Shown here one piece after another: positions 9,846 through 20,000 of a stretch of DNA of 20,000 nucleotides. A model generated the notes under the pieces. It did no database searches and was not told where the DNA came from. It saw only the letters and a list, made by a program, of their open reading frames with translations. The stretch is taken from positions 77,451 to 97,450 of the forward strand of contig NW_025215329.1 of assembly GCF_004010195.1 (NCBI RefSeq), read 5' to 3'. Position 1 is the stretch's first letter. Each line of letters starts with the position of its first letter. Position numbers and translations under genes: made by a program. This DNA is from Chiloscyllium plagiosum (Eukaryota).

Positions 9846-10324
9846 ATTGTTTTTTTTTTGGAATAATTGTGATCGTTGGTGTTAAGAATAAGAAAAAGTC
9901 TGCTTGACAGACAGGTGACAATCACCATATTGGGTAATGAAGAGATTTCCAATTGGTATGGACAAGTGTCGCTATATGAAGGTGGCTGGAACATGTACCC
10001 AATTGCACTGGAGGAGAGCAGAGTACAGCCGTGGGCAGCCCCTACATGTGGCACTACAGCAGCTCCAAATTTTACCTCGCAATGTAACTCCCATGGATTG
10101 CACATCACGGCGAAGTTCTGGAGGCTGCAGATGGCTCCACAAATGTAGCTCAGCATGAGTCAGAAGAGTAGGAGTGAGGAGAGAAAAACAACACTAAGTC
10201 TGACAGGGTAACAAATGTTTCTCAAATGATTCACAGGCAGTGAAGGAGAGAGACCAGAATATGGTACAATAAATCAGGAATTAAAAGCAGGAAGGGAAAT
10301 TGACAATCAGAAATGAAAAATAGA

Positions 10325-10730
10325 GCCTGTATTTTTTATCGGTCCTTGCCACATCCTCAAGACTCCACAAAGTGCTTCCCTGTCGATGAGTTCACCTTGA
10401 CGCAGAGAGGCTCTTGATGTGTAAGCAGCCGCTTCGCATAGCACGATCCCACAATCAGCAAATAACGTCAGTGTGCTTCGGGTAATTTTAATTTAGAACG
10501 AGGAATGTTGGCCAGCTCACTAGTAAAACTCCTGCTTCTCCCTGAAGAGGAAGCCATGTTGTGATTTTGTTTTTGCTCGAGCCAATTGTTTAGTTTTTGG
10601 GGGGGTTTCTGTTTATCAGTACTTCCAATAGACAATGCCTTCAATACCCATCACTGCGCCAATGCATTAGCCAAGATTAGACTTGCTTTTCTAACTCAAT
10701 GGTGAGGGTCTTGTCCACTGAAGCACAATT
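10325..10730 (-). mobile_element. Highly diverged near full-length Deu-type SINE
   Basis: Ordered remnants: caaagtgctt, gcacgatcccacaatcagcaa, aatgttggccag, aaactcctgct, gccatg, ttctaactca..gtccactgaagc (tRNA-head side). Confidence 0.45.
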
Positions 10731-11169
10731 ACACCAGAGCATTGATGGCAAGAAAACTATAACTTAATGAGAATCATCTTTACATGGAGCAGGAAAGAAT
10801 TAAAGATAATATCTTGATGTCTCCAGAAATGAAAGATCCTTTGAATAACACATGAAAAAATTCTGTGGGGGATTCATTTATTAAAAAATATTTCTTTGAT
10901 CAGTTTCTATTCTTGGTTCATAAAAATATTGGACAGAAGGGAAAAAGGCTGTTTGGCAACCTGGCGAAAAAAAAGCCACCAAGTGTGTAATGAAGAGCTT
11001 TCCAATTGGCTTGGCAGAAACAGTGCATGGATGTGTCAGGGGATTACTGACAAGAGTGTGGGAAGTGGAGGCCATTAGCGGCTGGAGGTGACATCTCTGG
11101 CAGTGTGACAACCCAAGTGACAACCTTCCATTTGCAACATGCAAGCGGGGAAAGAGTTGTAGAGAAGAG

Positions 11170-11520
11170 TATATTGGAACTTACAAATAATTTCCTCTCA
11201 TCAGTATTCAGAGTAGAAGCCACTTTAACAGCTTTAATATAGCAACGGGCTGTATGGGATTCATCAGAGACTTTTATGCCAATAGAGGTTAGTAAAAGAA
11301 CTGTTAATAATAAACTTCAACAATTGAAGATTCATAAAACTCTCGCCCTCGGTAAAATACACCTGGGAATATTAAAAAGTCAAAAGGAGAATAAGGAAGA
11401 GCTGTAGTTAAAATTCTGCAGAGGATGTTCAAAAACCAGAAGACAAGAGCAGGATAAATATAATTCAAGGTGTGGAGAAAATAAGAGGGAACAAGCCTGG
11501 ATCAATTAACCTGACGCGAT
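11170..11520 (+). mobile_element. Ancient CR1 ORF2 remnant
   Basis: Degenerate F.SSVF, L.QLKIHKT(SPG)..IHLGILK and PG.INLT motifs. Confidence 0.5.
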
Positions 11521-11547
11521 TAACGCAGAGGTTATCAGAGCAAAGTG

Positions 11548-12086
11548 TTATAGGAAGGATATTATTAAAGCTGGAGAGGTTTCAAGTAAGACCCTCCATG
11601 TTGAAGGTCCTCAAACCTTCCATTCTTGGCATCACCCTGGTAAGAGTTATAAGGAGAGGTTGGATAGGCTGGGTCTTCTTCCACAGGAGTGTAGGAAGTT
11701 GAAAGGTGACCGTAGAGAGGTCTATAACATCATGAGATGCATTGATAAGGTCAATGGCAGATATGTTTTCCCTACGGTGGGGAATTTCAAGACTAGGGTG
11801 CACATTTTGAAGGTGAGAGGAGAAAGATTTTAAAAAGAGGCATTTTTTTTTTACACAGAGAGTGGTTCGTGTGTAGAATGAATTTTCAGAAGAAGTGGTG
11901 GACGCAGGTACAGTTACAATTTTAAAAGATATTTAGACAAGTACATGAATAAGAAATGCTTGAAGGGATATGGGCCAAGTGCAGGCAATTGGGACTAGTT
12001 TAATTGGGAATTATGGTCAGCATGGACTGGTTGGACCGAAGGATCTGTTTCCATGCTGTATGACTCTATGACTCAATGACTGTATG
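11548..12086 (+). mobile_element. CR1 3' fragment with a small internal inversion
   Basis: SYKERLDRLGLL, LKGDRREVYNIMR, FFTQRVVRV. Tail tgactctatgactcaatgactgtatga. Confidence 0.9.
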
Positions 12087-12399
12087 AAACAGTTCAGTGC
12101 TGAGATCAATTTGGAGGCAGTAGACGAAGTGGCAGTTCATAACAGAGTTGGATGTGTCCAAGTTCATGAATTGTGTTCAATCATTGATATTGACTTTACA
12201 AAGAGATATTATGAGCTCCTCCATAATAATGAAGCAGGTCTTAATGCTTGTACAGTCAATTAGCAAGAGAAATTAGAATTAAAGGTGAAGCTGTTTCTGA
12301 GCAACAGGCTGCCTTTAAAGAAAAGATAGTTCAAGCACAGTCCAGGTTTGCTCCCATAAAGGGGAAATAAATCCACAGAGGCTGGATGGCAAAATAATA

Positions 12400-12690
12400 A
12401 AGATGAAGAAGACTGTGCCTATGACACGCATCCAGTGCTGAACCAGGCTGAATATAGAAGGTCCAGAAACAACTAAGATAAGTAAAGGGAGAATATAAAG
12501 AGAGATTGGCAATTAGAGTCTTAGAGTCATAGAGATGTAAGCATGGAAACAGACCCTTCAGTCCAACCCGTCCATGCCAACCAGATATCCCAACCCAATC
12601 TAGTCCCACCTGATAGAGTCATAGAGATGTACAGCATGGAAAAATTAACAAAAGGCAATCCCCAAGTCTTCTATTTTTCATCTGTCTTTA
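12400..12690 (+). mobile_element. Ancient CR1 remnant interrupted by 12515-12641
   Basis: 'ataagtaaagggagaatataaagagagattggcaatt' continues as 'aattaacaaaaggcaatccccaagtcttctat' (KGNPQVFY). Confidence 0.5.
12515..12641 (-). mobile_element. Two tandem CR1 3' tails
   Basis: 12515-12611 and 12612-12641 both begin agagtcatagagatgta..gcatggaaa. Flanked by aatta. Confidence 0.85.
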
Positions 12691-12912
12691 ACAAGAAAGG
12701 ATATTCTGCACGGATAAAGTTTTAAAAGAATTATGCATAGGATGTGAGCATCATTGGTTAAGCCAGCATTTATTGCCCATCCCTAATTGCCCAGAGGGCA
12801 GTTCAGTGTTGACCACACTGCTGAGGGTCTGGAGTCACATGTAGGCCCGACCAGATAAAGTTGGCATTTTCGTTCTCTAAAGGACATTAGTGAACCAGAT
12901 GTTTTTTTGCCA

Positions 12913-13439
12913 AGGGAGTGTTGCTGCACAAAGAGACCTTGGAGTGCAGGTTCATAGCTCCTTGAAACTGGAGTCGCAGATAAATAGGATAGTGAAGAAG
13001 GAGTTTGGTATGCTTTCCTTTATTGGTCAGAGTATTGATTACAGGAGTTGGGAGGTCATGTTGCGGCTGTACAGGACATTGGTTAGGCCACTGTTGGAAT
13101 ATTGCATGCAATTCTGGTCTCCTTCCTATCAGAAAGATGTTGTGAAACTTGAAAGGGTTCAGAAAAGATTTGCAAGGATGTTGCCAGGGTTGGAGGATTT
13201 GAGCTAGAGGGAGAGGCNNNNNNNNNNNNNNNNNNNNNNNNNNNNNNNNNNNNNNNNNNNNNNNNNNNNNNNNNNNNNNNNNNNNNNNNNNNNNNNNNAT
13301 GGGTATATGAATAGGAAGGGTTTGGAGGGATATGGGCCGGGTGCTGGCAGGTGGGACTAGATTGGGTTGGGATATCTGGTCGGCATGGACGGGTTGGACC
13401 GAAGGGTCTGTTTCCTTGCTGTACATCTCTATGACTCTA
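12913..13439 (+). mobile_element. Young CR1 3' fragment spanning an assembly gap
   Basis: ORF 12890-13207 QRDLGVQVHSSLK..LVRPLLEYCMQFWSP..LERVQKRF. Tail tctatgactcta. Confidence 0.93.
13218..13298. other. Assembly gap (81 N)
   Basis: Run of N. Confidence 1.
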
Positions 13440-13604
13440 ATTAACAATGGATTCATGGCCATCATTAGACACTTAATTCCAAATTTTTATTGAATTCAAA
13501 TGCCAGCATCTGCCATGGCAGAATTTGGACCCAATTTCCCAGAGTATTGCTTGGATCTCTGGACCAACAATCCAATGATAATACTGTTACCATCACCTCT
13601 CTTC

Positions 13605-13845
13605 AATGATGAAAGAGGAGGTGGTTCAGACATTGGAAGAATCTAAACTTGTAAAGACGAAGGCATTGGATAGGCTAGCAGGAATAAAATTTGATAAGGC
13701 ACTGGGACTGGATGAGAAAATCCAAGTATACCGTGGGGAGTGAAAGTGGAAATTATTGAGGTGTAGTTATAATTTTTTTCAGTCATCCTTAGATTCAGGT
13801 GGTGGTGATGGTACCAGAAGGCTGGTGAATTATCAATGTTACACA
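13605..13845 (+). mobile_element. Ancient CR1 remnant (pre-RT region)
   Basis: LDRLAGIKFDKALGLD; IFQSSLDSG..VPEGW.I.NVT. Confidence 0.7.
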
Positions 13846-13854
13846 AAAGACTGA

Positions 13855-13945
13855 ATATGAAGGGCTTTTGTCTGAAACATCGACTCTGATGCTGCTCTGA
13901 TGCTGCCTGACCTGCTGTACTTTTCCAGCACCAGGCTCTCGAGTC
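13855..13945 (+). mobile_element. PLE pLTR fragment with decayed hammerhead
   Basis: 'atgaagggcttttgtctgaaacatcgact..gatgctgcctgacctgctgtacttttccagcac'. Confidence 0.8.
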
Positions 13946-14194
13946 AATGACTGAAGAGCCAAGATAACTCTGACTGATCAAGGCATTGCCCTGGGGAATG
14001 CACCAGAGAACAATTGTTCCCATGTTGTTGTTGAATTGAAAAAGGAACGATGCCTGGAACTGGCCAAATCAACCAAAGCCCACTTACCAGCACCCTTTCT
14101 CTTTCTGAGTATAAGTAATTGCTTCCCTTGTAGCTTGGCATTTTTTTTCCTTTGTCCTGTCGAGTTCAACTTAAAAAGCTTTGACATACCTCTT

Positions 14195-14685
14195 TTATCG
14201 AACGGTATGCAAAACTTGTCCAGAATGTTGATTTGGACTCAACTGGAATATTGTTGCCAATTCTGGGCACCATAATTTAGGAAGGTGTGAATTAGAAAGC
14301 GTGCAGACAATGTTCACCAGAATTGAGTAAGAGATGAAGAATGTCAGTTGCAAAGATACATTGCCAAAGTTGCAACTGTTTTCCTTGGGGAAAAGAGGGA
14401 AGATTTGATAAAAGGTTCAAAATCATGAGCGATCTGGACAGAGCAGAGAGGGAGAAATTTTTCCCATTAGTAGAAAGATCAAAAACAATAGACACCAAGA
14501 GAATTTAAGGTGATTAGCAAAAGAAGCACTGGTAGTCTGAGGAAAAACATTTCCATGCAGTGAGTGGTTAGGATCTGGAATGCACTATCCATTAGTGTGA
14601 TGGAGACAGATTCAATCAAGACATTCAAGAGGAAATTGGTTTGGCATCTGAAAAAGAAAAAGGTGCAGGGATATGGGGAGAAGGA
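14195..14685 (+). mobile_element. Old CR1 ORF2 3' remnant
   Basis: QLEYCCQFWAP; FKIMSDLDRAEREKFFPL; VVRIWNAL..VMETDSIKTFKRKL..HLKKKKVQGYGEK. Confidence 0.8.
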
Positions 14686-14693
14686 GGAAGAAT

Positions 14694-14775
14694 TTTTGCC
14701 CGAAACATCGATTTTCCTGTTTCTCGGATGCTGCCTGACCTGCTGTGCTTTTCCAGCACCATACTCTGGACTCCA
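14694..14775 (+). mobile_element. PLE pLTR fragment
   Basis: 'ttttgcccgaaacatcgattttcctg..ggatgctgcctgacctgctgtgcttttccagcac'. Confidence 0.8.
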
Positions 14776-14859
14776 ATTTCTCCTGACAGCCAGCTCAGAT
14801 ATAACAGGTCAAACAACTTCCCTGTGTGCTGCAATGATGCTGTGATGCTGTGAATAATT

Positions 14860-15745
14860 AATTGAATTGAATTGAATTGAATTTATTGTCACGTGTACTG
14901 AGGCACAGTGAAAAGCTTTGTCTTGTGAGTAATACAGACAGATCACAGAGTTAAGTAGCATAGATAAATAAATAAGTAAACAGCGGCAAAAAACAAAAAC
15001 ACAGGGACAGGCGAATGTTAAGAGTTTGTGAGTCCATTCAGTATTCTAACAGCAGTAGGGTAGAAACTGTTACGAAACCGGCTGGTGTGGGTGTTCAGGC
15101 TTCTGTACCTTCTCCCCGATGGTAGAGGTTGTAGAAAAACCTCAAAGATCCAATCCAGGGTGGGATGGATCTTTGAGAATGCTAGCGGCCTTTCCTTGAC
15201 AGTGGGCCTGGTTGGTGGATTCTGTAGATGGGATGTTGGCCTTTGTGATTGTCCGGGCCGAGTTCACCACTCTCTGTAACCGTCTCTGATCTTGAATGGT
15301 ACAGTTGCCATACCAGGTAGTGATACATCCAGACAGAATGCTCTCGATGGCACACCTATAAAAGTTGGCAAGGGTATTCGCCATCATGCCAAATTTCCTC
15401 AGCTGCCTGAGGAAGAAGAGACGTTGTTGGGCCTTTGTAACCAGTGCGTCCACATGAAGAGTTCAAGAAAGATTGTTGTGGATGACCACTTCCAGGAGCT
15501 TGACACTCCACTCGTTCCACCTCTGTGCTGTTAATGTGTAGGGGCGCATGAGTAACATCCCGTCAAAAGTCAATAATGAGTTCCTTGGTTTTGCTGGCAT
15601 TGAGAGCTAGGTTGTTCGGAGTGCACCATTTCCCCACGTCTTCCACCTCCCGTCTGTAGTCTGTTTCATCGCCAACTATGGTGGTGCCATCAGCAAATTT
15701 GTAAATGGCATTAGTCTGGTATTTGGCGACGCAGTCAGTACAGTA
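14860..15745 (-). mobile_element. Rex1/Babar-type LINE 3' fragment
   Basis: ORFs 15563-15835 (DCVAKYQTNAIYKFADGTT..YRREVE..LALNASKTKELIIDF) and 15142-15453 (KAQQRLFFLRQLRKFGM..NFYRCAIESILSGCITTWYGNC). (ATTGA)n tail. Confidence 0.9.
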
Positions 15746-16677
15746 GGGATAAGTAAGTGATAAAATAGATGGAGAATCAGGAGACAGCAGATATGGGTAG
15801 ACAATAGATAGTTCATATGCAGTGACTGGTGCCATCTCAGAGGAATAGAGTGGTAACTGGGCTATTTCTAATATTTAATTATTGACTTTGTTGCTCCAGT
15901 CCAGAAAGTCTTTTCTTAAGGAAGATACTAGAGCCAATCTTTACTCAGTATTATATTTATTTACTATGTGAAATATTACCAACACATACCTTCTAACTAA
16001 ACCATTCACAGTTTCAATATGTGTTCAAGACTTTAATTATTGCCCATCACCCATATATAATTAAACACAATTGATATGTAATTACTCCTAGACAATGGTA
16101 GTTTTGAATACACAGTCTGTCTGAGTTCAGAACACAGTAGCTGCAATGTCAGCGCCAGTATGCAGGAAAAGTCAAAAATGAGCTTGAATTAGTGTCAGCG
16201 TGGCTCAAGATTACAATTAAAAGGAAAATCAGTGGCCAGCACAAGTGAGGAGCAATGTAACCGTTGCCCTAAATTATATCCCATTTCTAACTGAGGAGAG
16301 AAATTTTACACTTGTCTCTGTCATACTTCAGATTTTGCAATTTTCTTAAAGAGATAGTTTTACTGAAGGAGAATTATTTCATTGCAGTCACCTCCATGAC
16401 ACAAGCTCCGAATTGGTGTTAGAGGGTAGGGTCTGCAGTAGCTATACTGGGTAATGTGCAGAGCCTTATTGATAGGTTTTCTCTCTGGGGGTAAGAAACA
16501 GCATTCATCCCTGGTTCTGGACACTGAGTCCATTACTGGGGGTTACAGTCACTCATTGTGATCTTTAGAGAGATACACACTCACAGTTCATGGAAAGATG
16601 GTGTTATGAAGTCGGGTGAGTACACTGTCTTTCTCAAGCTCCTCTGGACCATGCTTGATAACATCATTTCTTTGTTC

Positions 16678-16760
16678 ACAAAAACAGAAGTTTTTGGAAA
16701 AGCTCAGGAGGTCTAGAAGTGTCTGTCAAGAGAAACCAAAGTGACCGTTTCTGATGAGAT
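16678..16760 (-). mobile_element. Old PLE pLTR remnant
   Basis: 'acaaaaacagaagtttttggaaaagctcaggaggtctag..gtgaccgtttc', similar to 1411-1450. Confidence 0.5.
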
Positions 16761-16801
16761 GACTTACAGCATTCACAGATTTTTAGGTTTTAACACTTTT
16801 C

Positions 16802-19800
16802 ACAGACATGTAACTCCCAGACTGATTTATCACAAAACCCAGACATGGAGCTGCCAGACTGATTTACCCATAGTGCCCAGACATGGAGCTCCCAGACTGA
16901 TTTATAACAAAACCCAGACATGGAGCTCCCAGACTGATTTATCCACAGTGCCCAGACATCCACAGCATCCAGACATGGTGCTCAGAGTCCAATCTATCCA
17001 CAGCTCCCACAAATGGAGCTCTCCGATGGATTTATTCACAGTGCACAGACATGGAGCTCCCAGACTGATTTATCCACAATGCCCAGTTATGTAACTCCGA
17101 GCCTGATTTACACGCTGCCCAGACATGGCACTCCCAAATTGATTTATCCACAGTGCCCAGACATCGACCTCTCTGACGGATTTATTCACAATGGCCAGAC
17201 ATGGAGCTCCCAGACTGAGTAATCCACTGTGCCTGGATGTAGCTTTCCCAGACTGATTTATCCACAGTGCCCAGACATGGTGCACCCAGACTGATTTACC
17301 CACAGTGCCCAGACATGACGCTCCCAGACTGATTTACCCACAGTGCCCAGACATGGAGCTCCAAGACTGATTTATCCACAGTGCCCAGACATGGAGCTCC
17401 CAGACTGATTTATCCGCAGTGTCCAGACATGGAGCTCCCAGACTGATTTACCCACAGTGCCCAGACATGGAGCTCCCAGACTGATTTATCCACAGTGCCC
17501 AGACATGGTGCTCCCAGACTGATTTATCCGCTGTGTCCAGACATGGAGCTCCCAGACTGATTTACCCACAGTGCCCAGACATGGAGCTCCAAGACTGATT
17601 TACCCACAGTGCCCAGACATGGTGCTCCCAGACTGATTTATCAACAACACCCAGATATGGAGCTCCCAGACTGATTTATCCACAATGCCCAGACAAGGTG
17701 CTCCCAGACTGATTTATCCACAGTGCCCAGACATGGTGCTCCCAGACTGATTTATCCACAGTGCCCAGACATAGCGCTCCTAGATTGGTTTATCCACAGT
17801 GCCCAGACATGAAGCTCCCAGACTGATTTATTCACAGTGCCCTGACATAGAACATAGAACATAGAACATAGAACAATACAACACAGAACAGGCCCTTCGG
17901 CCCACGATGTTGTGCCGAACATTTGTTCTAGCTTAAGCACCCATCCATGTACCTATCCAATTGCCGCTTAAAGGTCACCAAAGATTCTGACTCTACCACT
18001 CCCACAGGCAGCGCATTCCATGCCCCCACCACTCTCTGGGTAAAGAACCCACCCCTGACATCTCCCCTATACCTTCCACCCTTCACCTTAAATTTATGTC
18101 CAATTGTAACACTCTGTTGCACCCGAAGAAAAAGTTTCTGACTGTCGACTCAATCTATTCCTCTGATCATCTCATAAACCTCTATCAAGTCACCCCTCAT
18201 CCTTCGCCGTTCCAACGGGAAAAGGCCTAGCACTCTCAACTTATCCTCGTACGACCTATTCTCCATTACAGGCCACATCCTGGTAAATCTTCTCTGCACC
18301 CTCTCCAAAGCTTCCACATCTTTCCTAAAGTGAGGCGACCAGAACTGCACACAGTACTCCAAATGTGGCCTAACCAAAGTCCTGTACAGTTGCAACATCA
18401 CTTCACGACAATTGAATTCAATCCCTCTGCTAATGAACGCTAATACACCATAGGCCTTCTTACAAGCTCTATCCACATGGGGCTCCCAGACTGATTTGTC
18501 CACAGTGCCCAGACATGGAGCTCCCAGACTGATTTATCCATAGTGCCCAGACATGGGGCGCCCAGACAGATTTATCCACAATGCCCAGTTATGTAATTCC
18601 GAGCCTGATTTACACGGTGCCCAGACATGGCACTCCCAGATTGCTTTATCCACAGTGCCCAGACATCGAATTCTCTGACGGATTTATTCACAATGGCCAG
18701 ACATGGAGCTCCCAGACTGATTTCTCCACAACGCACAGACATGGAGTTCTCAGACTGATTTATCCACAGTGCCCGGACATGGAGTTCCCAGATGATTTAT
18801 CCACAACGCCCAGACATGGAGCTCCCAGACTGGTTTATCCACAGTCCCCAGAAATGGAGCTCCCAGACTGATTTATCCACAGTGCCCAGACATGGAGCCC
18901 CCAGACTCTTTTATCCACAAAACCCTGACATGAAGCTCCCAGAATGATTTATCCACAGTGCACGGACATGGAGTCCCCAGATCAAATTAACCACAACACG
19001 CAGACATGAAGTTCCCAGATTGATTTATCCACAGCATCCAGACATAGCGCTCCAGACTGAATTATCCACAGTGCTCAGATATAGAGCTCCCAGACTGATT
19101 TATCCACAGTGCCCAGACATGGAGTTCCCAGATCAAATTATCCACAACACGCAGACATGACATTCCCAGATTGATTTATCCACAGCATCCAGACATGGTG
19201 CTCAGAATCCGATCTATCCACAGCTCCCACAAATGGAGCTCTCGGATGGATTTATTCACAGTGCACAGACATGGAGCTCCCTGACTGATTAATCCACAAT
19301 GCCCAGTTATGTAACTCCGAGCCTGATTTACACGCTGCCCAGACATGGCACTCCCAAATTTGCTTTATCCACAGTGCCCAGACATCGACCTCTCTGACGG
19401 ATTTATTCACAATGGCCAGACATGGAGCTCCCAGACTGATTTATCCACAGTGCCCAGACCTAGCGCTCCCTGACTGAGTTATCCACAGTTCCCAGACATG
19501 GAGCTCCCAGACTGATTTATCCACAGTGCCCAGGCATGGAGCTCCCAGACTGAATTATTCACGGTGCCCAGACATAGCGCTCCCTGATTGATTTATCCAC
19601 AGTGCCCAGACATGGAGCTCCCAGACTGATTTATCCACAGTGCCCAGGCATGGAGCTCCCAGACTGAATTATTCACGGTGCCCAGACATAGCGCTCCCTG
19701 ACTGATTTATCCACAGTGCCCAGACATGGAGCTCCCAGACTGATTTATCCACAGTGCCCAGACATGGAGCTCCCAGACTGATTTATCCACAGTGCCCTGA

Positions 19801-20000
19801 CATGGGGCTCCCAGACTGATTTATCCACAGTGCCCTGACATGAAGCTCCCAGAATGATTTATCCACAGTGCCCAGACATGGAGTTCTCAGATCAAATTAT
19901 CCACAACACGCAGGCATGAAGTTCCCTAATTGATTTATCCACAGCATCCAGACATGGTGCTCAGAGTACGATCTATCCACAGCTCCCACAAATGGAGCTC
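16802..20000. repeat. 38-bp tandem satellite/minisatellite array (runs off the window end)
   Basis: Unit CCCAGACATGGAGCTCCCAGACTGATTTATCCACAGTG; period 38 (e.g. tttatcc at 17371 and 17409); roughly 65 units. Confidence 0.97.
17845..18478 (-). mobile_element. CR1 3' fragment (7-nt tail subfamily) inserted in the satellite
   Basis: ORFs 18150-18503 and 17928-18122 are in the same frame with one stop between them (LVRPHLEYCVQFWSP..FFTQRVVGAWNALP). (ACATAGA)n tail; acat at both junctions. Confidence 0.95.

Larger units (their letters stand above)
12738..13601 (-). mobile_element. tRNA-derived SINE split by a CR1 (12738-12908 and 13441-13601)
   Basis: Tail side 'gccagcatttattgcccatccctaattgccc..ggagtcacatgtaggcc..ggacattagtgaaccagatg'. 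Head side 'attgaattcaaa..gccatggcagaatttggaccc..accatcacctc'. Confidence 0.7.

Noticed and set aside
9794..10158. Three overlapping ORFs and a possible minus-strand exon (pyrimidine tract ~10160-10190, donor-like gag/gtaaaa ~10075)
   Set aside because: No recognisable protein, a weak acceptor, and no partner exons.
10990..11050. Possible C/D snoRNA (ATGAAGA...CTGA)
   Set aside because: Box C is imperfect, there is no terminal stem, and the paralogous copy at 9934 lacks box D.
15750..16670. AT-rich unique stretch with TAAT motifs as a possible conserved element
   Set aside because: Motif density is not distinguishable from base composition without alignments.
16741..18871. Repetitive ORFs in the satellite
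   Set aside because: The 38-bp unit is not a multiple of 3 and stops recur.
16802..20000. CRISPR-like array or bacterial oriC (TTATCCACA, a perfect DnaA box, is in most units)
   Set aside because: Units are head-to-tail with no unique spacers and no cas genes. The context is eukaryotic and a CR1 is inserted in the array, so the DnaA-box match is best explained as one chance 9-mer amplified with the monomer.

Overview
Repeat-dense non-coding vertebrate DNA. The repeat families resemble those of sharks (inference); no host gene exon can be supported. The window holds nested CR1 LINE fragments of several ages, two Rex1/Babar-type LINE fragments, tRNA-derived/Deu-like SINE remnants and an assembly gap. 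A 5'-truncated Penelope-like element (PLE; Neptune-type, RT thumb + Cys linker + GIY-YIG endonuclease, 5581-6990) keeps an unbroken frame and a minimal hammerhead-ribozyme core in its 3' pLTR. Several short non-autonomous PLE derivatives have inverted-repeat structure, target-site duplications (TSDs) and breakpoints clustered at the hammerhead. The last ~3.2 kb is a 38-bp satellite with higher-order structure, interrupted by a CR1. Smaller unexplained signals: a diverged ~100-bp duplication with a near-invariant 23-bp core, a candidate solo LTR, and a cryptic hexamer tract.
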